Of a DNA stretch of 64,000 nt, positions 19,447 to 27,700 are shown in pieces. Under the pieces are notes generated by a model, which saw only the letters and a program-made list of their open reading frames with translations, made no database searches and had not been told where the DNA came from. Location: positions 128,001 to 192,000 of the forward strand of contig JAZJZE010000011.1 in assembly GCA_040390065.1 (NCBI GenBank), in the 5' to 3' direction. Positions within the stretch are counted from its first letter, which is position 1. Every line of letters begins with the position of its first letter. The DNA is from a bacterium. GTDB lineage: Archaea > Thermoplasmatota > E2 > JACPAO01 > JAHFTW01. Made by a program: the position numbers and the translations under genes.

Positions 19447-20325
19447 ATGACCCGCCTCGCCGCCGCCGTCGCCCTGTGCGTGGCCCTCCTGTGCGTGGTG
19501 CCCGCAACGGCGCAGCTGCGCTCGTTCGGCGGGCCCGTGCTCGCCGTGGAGGCGCCCATGGGTGCGGCGGGAGCCATCGTCGAGTACCGCTATGCCTTCT
19601 TCGTGACGGCCGCCGCGGACGGGTACCTCAAGAACAATCCCGCACCCTACAATGCAGCCTACCGTCCCGGCTGGTCGACGCGCGTCGAGCTCCACGGGCC
19701 TGCCCTGCCCGCAGACCTCGGCGTCCTGGTTCTCGACCGTCCCATGGAACTCGGGCACCTCGCTGCAAACGTGTCGTACGGCCTGGTGCTTCGCGTCCAG
19801 GTCCCCGCCGCCGACCTCGCAAACGACACCGCGCTTGCCCTGACGTACGTCCTTGCCGTGCACCACGCGACGTGCGCATGCGCAGCCAGCGGCGCGTCCC
19901 TTGACCCCAGCATCGCCATCTCACTGCAAGCCATCGTGCGGCCCGGCGCCCAGCCGCAGGCGTTGGCTGCGTGGAGCCTGCCACCGGTGCCGCACGGCAA
20001 TCAACCGGATTGGCCCGATGGCAACCCCGGGCCCGAGCCGTTGGATGGTGCATCGACTGCGGGGCAATGGAGCCAAGGCCGTTCCATCGCCCTTGCCTTT
20101 GCAGCATCGGCCCTCGTCGCCTTGACGCTCGTGCTGGGAGTCCGCTCACGCCGTCGGGCACGCGCCGCGGCGCAGCACGCCGCGTCGACGCCCCCGCCGG
20201 AGGCAACGCAGCCCGTTGCGCCGGAAGCCGTGGACGCGCCGCAGGCGGCCCCAGCGCCGGACGACGACGCAGCCGCGCTGGCGCGAGAGCTCGAAGAGCG
20301 CATGAAGCGGAGCGACGGCGCATGA
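19447..20325 (+). CDS. Secreted, C-terminally membrane-anchored protein B
   Basis: Signal peptide, ~170-aa beta-rich domain, Pro linker, TM IALAFAASALVALTLVLGV followed by RSRRRAR; ATGA overlap with the next gene. Confidence 0.75.
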   Translation: MTRLAAAVALCVALLCVVPATAQLRSFGGPVLAVEAPMGAAGAIVEYRYAFFVTAAADGYLKNNPAPYNAAYRPGWSTRVELHGPALPADLGVLVLDRPMELGHLAANVSYGLVLRVQVPAADLANDTALALTYVLAVHHATCACAASGASLDPSIAISLQAIVRPGAQPQALAAWSLPPVPHGNQPDWPDGNPGPEPLDGASTAGQWSQGRSIALAFAASALVALTLVLGVRSRRRARAAAQHAASTPPPEATQPVAPEAVDAPQAAPAPDDDAAALARELEERMKRSDGA

Positions 20326-21827
20326 GGCACGGCAAATCCATGGCCGTCGCGCTCGCCGTCGCCACTGTCCTGATGGGGCTCGCCTTGCCGGCACATCGCT
20401 CCGATGCCAACATCGCGGTCGGTCTATCGACCAGTGTCGCGACCACCACGAACGCATCGCCCCTGGCCATCACGGTCCCGGGGAGCGTCGCCCAGTTCGA
20501 CGTCCTCGTCGCTCAAGTGGTCGTGAAGACCACGACGACGACCGTGACCGCACCCTCCGGCTGGACGTTGATTCGTGCAGACAACTCTGCTGGGGCCAAC
20601 CCGCTCAAGATGTCGTCCTACTGGCACGTGGCGACGGCCGGCGATGCGTCCGGCGGCTCCTACAGTTGGTCGTACACAGGCACGAACTGGGCGGCGGGCG
20701 GCATGCTCGTCCTCAAAGGCGTCGACAACGCTGGCCCCGTCGACGTGTCGGCGACCGCGACGGACACCAATTCCCCCAGTACGGCGCCCGCGGTCACGAC
20801 GACGGTGGCGAACACCGTCCTGGTGCTCCTGGACGCCCTGGAAAAGAACGATGCTTGCTCGGCCATTTCGTCGGGGGCATTCGCGTACAGCGTGGCGCCA
20901 ACCGGGGGTGGCGGCAATGCCAAGGTCGCGGCCTGCGCTGCGACCCGCGCCGTCGCGGCAGCCGGCGCTTCCGGCACGACGGACTTCACCATCAGCGCCA
21001 ACGACGCCGCGGTGCTCCAGACCATCGCATTCAGGATGCCCAAGGCGTCGTTCTCCAGTTCGTCCGCGTCGGGAGCTGAAGCGACGACGAGCGTCAGCAT
21101 CCCGGTCGCACTCACGGGGGCCACCAGCAGCACGGCAACCGTGGCCTTTGCCAGCTCTGGAACGGCCACCGCGGGTGCCTCTTGCACGGGAACCACGGAT
21201 TACATGATTGCCGCCAGCCCCGCCTCGTTCTCGGCGGGAACAACTTCCCAGACCATCGCCGTCACCGTCTGCGACGATGCCCTGGGGGAAAGCTCCGAGA
21301 CCATCAGCCTCACGTTGTCGACGCCCGCGCAGGCCGTGCTTGGCGCAACGACGGTCTTCACCTACACCATCACCGACAACGACCTGTTCGTGACGCCGGC
21401 CGCCGATCCGGTCAAGGCGGACGGCACCGCCGACACGGGCCTGGCCTGGGGCGCCTGGGCCGCCGATCCCGGAGCGACCAACGTCGCAAGCGCGAATTAC
21501 GTCAAGCTCAGCAACACCGGCGACCAGCCGACTCGCGCATACACCGTGGACTTCACGGCGGCGAGTCTCACGGGCCAGTCCGACGCGACGCAGACGATTG
21601 TGCTCGACAGCAACGTCCAGTTCGCATGCTGGCAGGACACGACGCCGGGGGCCACGAGTCCGACGGAGGCCGGCTCTAGCTACGCTTTCGGGGCCACGTC
21701 GGCGACCAGCTCCACGTCGGGCAGTTTCTCGGGCCTGGGAAACATCGTCTACTGCAAGTATCAGATCCTGGCTCTGCCCGCGACCCTCGGCGACCAGGAG
21801 TACGTCGCGTCCTACACGGTGACGTGA
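20322..21827 (+). CDS. Secreted protein C: adhesin-like N domain + Calx-beta + C domain shared with protein A
   Basis: TAPSGWTL..YW..A..SYSW..GVD module; Calx-beta GTAT..DY..F.AG.T..I.V..DD..E..ETI.LTLS..TITDND; then AADPV..AWGAW.ADPGA.NVASANYVK. Confidence 0.85.
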   Translation: MRHGKSMAVALAVATVLMGLALPAHRSDANIAVGLSTSVATTTNASPLAITVPGSVAQFDVLVAQVVVKTTTTTVTAPSGWTLIRADNSAGANPLKMSSYWHVATAGDASGGSYSWSYTGTNWAAGGMLVLKGVDNAGPVDVSATATDTNSPSTAPAVTTTVANTVLVLLDALEKNDACSAISSGAFAYSVAPTGGGGNAKVAACAATRAVAAAGASGTTDFTISANDAAVLQTIAFRMPKASFSSSSASGAEATTSVSIPVALTGATSSTATVAFASSGTATAGASCTGTTDYMIAASPASFSAGTTSQTIAVTVCDDALGESSETISLTLSTPAQAVLGATTVFTYTITDNDLFVTPAADPVKADGTADTGLAWGAWAADPGATNVASANYVKLSNTGDQPTRAYTVDFTAASLTGQSDATQTIVLDSNVQFACWQDTTPGATSPTEAGSSYAFGATSATSSTSGSFSGLGNIVYCKYQILALPATLGDQEYVASYTVT

Positions 21828-22891
21828 TGCGGGTGACGCTGGGATTCCTGGCGATCCTGCTTCTGCTGGCTCCGCCGGCGGCAGGCGTCGATGTCGGCGG
21901 CACCGTGGCAAACGTGCCCCCTGTTCTCGCAATCGTCAGCGTCGAACGGGGCCCCGCCCTGTCGTCGTCCACCATCAGCGGAAACGTCACGGACCACAAC
22001 GGCGAGGCCGACATCGTCGCACTGTCGTTCGGCCCGGATGGCGGCTCCGCCACAACGCAGCCACTCAACGCCAGCGCCCTGCCCGCCGTCGAGCCAGGGA
22101 ACTTTACCGCAGGCTGGAAGGTCTGGGACGCGCAGCCCGGCGATGGGGTCATCGCCTTCCGCCACACGACGCCGTTGCCGCCGGCGGGGTACGCCCAGCG
22201 CTTCAACCTCACGGCCAGCGACGCGGCAGGCCCGGGCGGGTCGGCCAACGTGACGCTCACGGGTCCGACTCGAGGTGTCCGCGGTTGGGGCCCAGGGCCC
22301 CCGGCACCGCCGGCCCAAGCACCAGCGGAGCCCCCGGCCGCCCCACCTGGACCGGCGGAGCCCGCCGAACCGGCGACCCCGAACCACGACGCGGCCAGGC
22401 CCAGTGCAAAGGACGTGCGCCCCGTTGGGCCGACGACTCCGGAGCAACGCGCGGTCCTGGCCAGCCACCAGAACGACATCTCGTGGAGCTTGGCCGTCGC
22501 CCCCGCCGACGACGGCGCCATCACAATCCGGTGGATGCCGCTCGATGGAGTGGGGGGCTTCCAGATCTGGCGCAGCAACAGCCCCTACATCCTTCTCGCC
22601 GATGTCGACGCCAACACGACGGGCTTCATCGACCACCCGCCCTCGTCGCACGCCGTCTACAAGGTCACTTACTTCGTCAACCGCACCTTGGCTGGCGGCT
22701 GGGCCGCGGGTCCCGTCGACGTGCAGAACCAGGCGTGGTGGGACGCATCGATGGCCGCCCCTGCCTCCCCTCCGGTCGCGCCGCCGGCGACGTCGCGCAG
22801 GACGTTCGTTCCGGTAGGCGACGTCGCACTGCTCGGCATCAGCATGGCCAGCCTCGCGGCCGCTGCCCGCCGGCCGTTGCGTCCTACATGA
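21827..22891 (+). CDS. Secreted protein D: N domain shared with protein A + Pro-rich linker + FN3-like domain + C-terminal anchor
   Basis: GGTVANVPP, GNVTDHNGEADI, EPGNF..GWKVWD..DGVI.F; ITIRW..GFQIWRS..F.D..YKV; VPV-hydrophobic-RR tail; TGATG overlap. Confidence 0.8.
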   Translation: MRVTLGFLAILLLLAPPAAGVDVGGTVANVPPVLAIVSVERGPALSSSTISGNVTDHNGEADIVALSFGPDGGSATTQPLNASALPAVEPGNFTAGWKVWDAQPGDGVIAFRHTTPLPPAGYAQRFNLTASDAAGPGGSANVTLTGPTRGVRGWGPGPPAPPAQAPAEPPAAPPGPAEPAEPATPNHDAARPSAKDVRPVGPTTPEQRAVLASHQNDISWSLAVAPADDGAITIRWMPLDGVGGFQIWRSNSPYILLADVDANTTGFIDHPPSSHAVYKVTYFVNRTLAGGWAAGPVDVQNQAWWDASMAAPASPPVAPPATSRRTFVPVGDVALLGISMASLAAAARRPLRPT

Positions 22892-24569
22892 GTGGCGTGC
22901 GGACCTTCGTCCTCTTGGCGACAACCTTCGCCGTCGCGTAACCGGCGTCCACGTGCCGCACGATCCCCATGCCCGGGTCCGCGCGGAAGACGCGCTTGCA
23001 TTTCTCGTCGGCAAGCTTGGAGCCATCGAGGACGACGACCATGCCGGCGTGCGTCGAGTAACCGATTCCGACGCCGCCGCCGTTGTGCAGGTGCACCGAA
23101 TCCGCCCCCGCCGCGACGTTCAGCATCGCGTTGAGGATGGGCCAGTCGGCGATGGCGTCGCTGCCGTCACGCATGCCTTCCGTCTCGCGGTAGGGGCTCG
23201 CCACGCTGCCGCAGTCGAGGTGGTCGCGAGTCACGGCGATGGGTCCGATGTCGCCCTTGCGCACGAGCGCGTTCATCGCCAGCGCGAACTTGTCGCGTTC
23301 CCCCATGCCGAGCCAGCACACGCGTGCCGCGAGTCCCTCCCAGGGCAGATGCTTCTCCGCCAGCGCGAGCCAGTTTGTGAGCGTGCGGTTGCGCGGGAAG
23401 AGCTTGCGCACGAGCGCCTCCGTCCTGCGGATGTCGGCCGGCTCGTTGCGCAGGCTGAGCCAACGGAACGGGCCGCGGCCCTCGCAGAACATCGGGCGGA
23501 TGTAGGCGGGCACGAAGCCGGGGAAGGAGAAGGCCACGTCGCGCGACAGGCCGCCGAGGCGGGCCCCTTCGCGGATGTTGTTGCCGTAGTCGAAGACGTG
23601 CGCTCCGAGTTTGGCAAAACCGATCATCGCGCCGACGTGCGTCGCCATCGAGCGCTGCGCATGGCGGGCATATTCGTGCGGGTCACGCTTGCGCAAGGCG
23701 GCGGCGGCTGCGAGGCTCACTCCCGCTGGCACGTAGCCGTTCAGGGGGTCGTGAGCGCTCGTCTGGTCCGTCACCAGATCGGGCCGGAACCCGCCTCCGA
23801 GAAGGCGCGGCAGGACGTCGGCACAATTCCCGATGAGGCCGATCGAGAGGGGCTGTCGTAGGGCGCGGGCCTTCTCGGCGAGGTCGCGCGCCAGGTCCAC
23901 GTCCTCGACGACCATGTCCAGGAAGCCGGCGTCCATGCGGCGAGCGGCCCGTGCTGGGTCGACCTCCACGGCAAGGCAGACGCCGCCGTTCATCGTGATG
24001 GCAAGCGGCTGGGCGCCCCCCATGCCGCCGAGGCCGCCCGTGAGGACGATGCGGCCCTTGAGGTCGGCGTCGAAATGCGTGCGCGCGGCCGCAGCGAACG
24101 TCTCGTAGGTGCCCTGGATGATGCCCTGGGTGCCGATGTAGCACCAGGAGCCCGCCGTCATCTGGCCGTACATCGTGAGGCCCGCCGCCTCCAGGCGGTT
24201 GAACTCCTCCCAGTTCGACCATTTGGGAACGAGATGGGAATTTGCGATGAGGACGCGCGGCGCCTGCGGCCACGTCGGAAAGACGGCCACCGGCTTGCCG
24301 GATTGGACAAGCAGCGTCTCGTCGTCGCCAAGCTTCGTCAAGGCCCGCTTGATCGCGGCCAGCGCCTTCGGGTTGCGGGCGGCTTTTCCGGTGCCGCCGT
24401 AGACGACAAGCCGCGCCGGGTCCTCCGCGTTGTGCAGGTTGTTCTCGAGCATGCGCAGGATGGCTTCCGTGCGCCAGGATTTGCAGCGCAACGGCGTGCG
24501 TGGCGTCGCGACCGGCGGCCTTGGGCTGGCCTTCTCGGTCTGTGCGCGACGGGTCTTGGAGGCGGCCAC
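22884..24569 (-). CDS. hutU: Urocanate hydratase
   Basis: LVVYGGTGKAARN, MYGQMTAGSW.YIGTQGI, GLGGMGGAQP, TDQTSAHDP, FDYGNNIR, RDHLD.GSVASPYRETE. Confidence 0.97.
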   Translation of the reverse strand: MAASKTRRAQTEKASPRPPVATPRTPLRCKSWRTEAILRMLENNLHNAEDPARLVVYGGTGKAARNPKALAAIKRALTKLGDDETLLVQSGKPVAVFPTWPQAPRVLIANSHLVPKWSNWEEFNRLEAAGLTMYGQMTAGSWCYIGTQGIIQGTYETFAAAARTHFDADLKGRIVLTGGLGGMGGAQPLAITMNGGVCLAVEVDPARAARRMDAGFLDMVVEDVDLARDLAEKARALRQPLSIGLIGNCADVLPRLLGGGFRPDLVTDQTSAHDPLNGYVPAGVSLAAAAALRKRDPHEYARHAQRSMATHVGAMIGFAKLGAHVFDYGNNIREGARLGGLSRDVAFSFPGFVPAYIRPMFCEGRGPFRWLSLRNEPADIRRTEALVRKLFPRNRTLTNWLALAEKHLPWEGLAARVCWLGMGERDKFALAMNALVRKGDIGPIAVTRDHLDCGSVASPYRETEGMRDGSDAIADWPILNAMLNVAAGADSVHLHNGGGVGIGYSTHAGMVVVLDGSKLADEKCKRVFRADPGMGIVRHVDAGYATAKVVAKRTKVRTPLM

Positions 24570-24767
24570 GAGCGGCCCAGCCTGCGCTAGGAAAAAGCGG
24601 TTCCGGCTGAGCGTGCGACTGCCGCGACGCGGAAATGCACATGGACGTGCAGTCGGCGTCGCGTTTTATGGGACCTCGTGGCTATTGCGATGTGGCCTAT
24701 TGATACTTTCGCGCAAGGTTCCGCTTTAGCCAATGCCTCCATAAGGATTGCAGCCATTTCGACGGTG

Positions 24768-27700
24768 ATGGTCGACCGCAGGACATCCGCTCCGGTGCTC
24801 GTGACCCTTTTCCTGGCGGCCCTCATGGCTTCCACGTCGCTTGCGGCCCCCGTGTCCGCTGGCCCGCTGGACAACGCAAACCAGGCCGTGGACCAGACAC
24901 AGCAGGCCGTCGACGACGTCGTCGGGCAAAACCCGGCTGACGGCACGATCGATGGTGCGCAGGGCACGGTTTCGGGAATCGCCGACGACGTCGGGGGCAC
25001 GCTGGGCGGCCTCATCGATCCCGTCGTGCAAGGTCTGCCGCCGCGGCCTGACCCGCAGTTGTTCCCGCCCGTTCCACCGCCGGACTGCCCGCCCGTTGCC
25101 GGCATGGACATGTGCGACATGCCGCAGCCGCCGTCGCAGCAGCCGCCGACGGACCCCGGCACCTCGGACCAGATGCCTGGTCAGGGCGACGGCACCGATC
25201 CGTACGGCAAGCACACGGTCAGCGACACGGACGACGACGCCCATCACCGCGCCCGCTTCACCCTCGACCGCAACTGGGCGCTGACCGGCGCGTCGCTGTC
25301 GGCCCTGAGCCGCAGCGGCCCGGAGGACACATTGGTCTACGTCCAGTGGGCCTATGACGACTCCGTCATCGGCAACGGCCCCATCCCTGGCGTCGACATC
25401 CGCGACGTGGCAACACGGGCCGCCCGCGGCTTCGACGCGATCCGCTTCCGGCCCCTTGAGCCGGGCCTGCACCACGTGACCCTCACGGGGACGTGGGTCG
25501 AGGGAGGCCAGACCTTCCGCGACCGGGTGACCACGCCACTCTACGTCGAGGATCCCGCCATCGCCCAAGTCCACGCCGAGAACGCCACGGCAGCCTGGTC
25601 CCCGGACGCCAAAAGTCTGGTCGACGCCGCGTTGTCCGGCGACCCGGACGCCGTCGCCGCCGCAGCGACCGATGCAGTTGCCGCCATCGCTCGGCCGCTC
25701 GGCCCCAAGCCGACGATCCTCCTCCTCAGCGACTTTCTGGGCAAGGACGCAGACACCCTTGGCCTCATCGTCGGCCCGGACCCGAAGGACGTGACTGCGG
25801 CCCTTGCAGCCCTACCGCAAGTCGACGGCCTCGACCCGTCCGCTGGCTTCGGCGACATTGCCTACGACGGGGACGCGACCGGGCTCGGGGCGCCCGTCGA
25901 CCGCGTCGGCCTGACGCTGACCCACACGCTCGTCGACCAAGGCCTTGCCAACGTCGTCTTCGTCAGCGCCATCGACGCGCGCACGGGGGCCCTCGACCGG
26001 CGGACCGTGCAGAACGGCCTCCTGTTCGCGCAATATTCCGGCATCATCGACGCCGTGGTGTGGGGCCTGCCGTCGAGCGCCTACGAGCCGGCAGTCGTGC
26101 TCGACTCCATGCGCCCCGACTTCAACTTCGCGCAGACGCCGATGGCACCGTTGCCCGCGACCAGCCCGCTGCCTGCCGCGTCGCCCGACTGGCACACGGA
26201 ACAGTATGCGGCGCAAGGGGACGACGGCGTCAACTCCATCATGGACTCCCTCAACGACCAAGCGGCGCTCCTCGGGCTCACGCCCCAACCCGGCCAGTCC
26301 ACCGTTGCCGACCTCCTGTACGCCAACATGGACCGCGTCTACGCCCGGTACCGCATCCTCGTCGAGACCGTCCGCAACGACCTCAAGTTCGACGCCTTCC
26401 TGCAGCAGCGCGTCCTCGACCTCGGCGTACAAGGCGTCCCGTTCGTCGTGCCGTCCGAGGAATGCCCCGGCATGGAGGCAGACTCCATGACTCTCGTCGG
26501 TGTGACCCAGGTCGTGGGCGCCGTCACCGTCGCGGCAGGCACCGCCAAGGACGGCCCCGACGCAGTCTCGTGCAAGGGGCCCGACCGCCGCGCCGCGGCG
26601 CACGGCAACGGCATCGACTTCGTCACGGACCCGCGTCCGGCGCGTGTCGTCCCTGGGCTGGCAGCTGCAACTGCGACCGACGGCCTCGTCTACGTGCCGA
26701 ACTCGCTGGGCGCCGCATTGCAGACCGGCCTCGCCCTCGGCGGCATGCACAAGGCCCTCGTGACGGTGACGACGCCGTACGCTGCGCGCGACTTGGCCGG
26801 CATGCTCGCGACGGGTGCCAAGCAGAAACCGGGCGTGAGCACGTGGTGGCAGGGCGACGGCTTCGTCGACGCTTTGTCGCCGCCCACGGCCGAACCCGCC
26901 CTGTTCGCCCGCGGCACGGGCTTGGTGTTCAGTCCCTTCGATTTGCAAAACGGCCGCACCCGCGCCGTGGCGGAGATCGTCATCACGGGCCGGGAGAACG
27001 TGGCCGCTGCGATGGCGGCGCCGTCCGAACTGTGGACGGCGACGGGTCGCACCGAGTTCCGTTTCCTCGTCGACGAGATGGGAAACAAGGTCACACAGGA
27101 CCTCGCCACGACGGACTACGGGCACCTTGGCGTGACCGTGGAATCCGTGAGCGTCAACCAGATCGACGCAACTCATGCCGAGGCTCGGCTGGTGCTTTCA
27201 GGCTCGCCTTCCTTCCTGCAGGGCGGTGGCGGCGGGGGCGGGGGTGGCGGCAACGGCGTCCCCGATGCGCGTGAATACCTGATGCCCGGACTCTACTCGG
27301 GCCGGACGTGGATCAGCACGCCGACGGGCATCATCCAGTTGCCCATCAATATCGGCGTCGGCACCATCCTCGACGTGCACCGGTTCCTCGCGCCCAACAC
27401 TGCGGTCCCCGAGACAGCGGTCTGCCTCGAGCCGCCGTTCAAGATGATTGGTGACCTGACCGGCCTGCGCCACACGGCGCACGAACTCGAGGAACTGAAC
27501 ATCTGCATCTACTTCACGAACACCGACGAGCACGGTGTGGCGCGCTTCTACACGCCCCTGCCACTCCCGTACACGCTGACGTCGTGGTTCGACGGCATCT
27601 TCCGCGAACGCGGCGACGGCATCGGTGCGGTCTACCCCCACGTCAAGCGCACCATCATGGTCCCGTCGCCCCTCAACGTCTCGGCCGTCACGAACGGCCC

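Noticed and set aside
19021-21824. Nucleotide similarity between genes A and C as a DGR-like template/variable repeat pair
   Set aside because: Both copies are coding, differences are not restricted to adenines, and no reverse transcriptase is present; this is ordinary domain paralogy.
24678-24767. ORF-track N-terminal extensions (also 18396-18509, 18270-18449, 2614-3051, 14256-14600)
   Set aside because: They run through promoter-like or opposite-strand coding DNA; signal peptides or family homology begin at downstream starts.
27222-27252. GGN run as a phase-variation tract
   Set aside because: Mixed Gly codons in frame; longest homopolymer is only 5 G.
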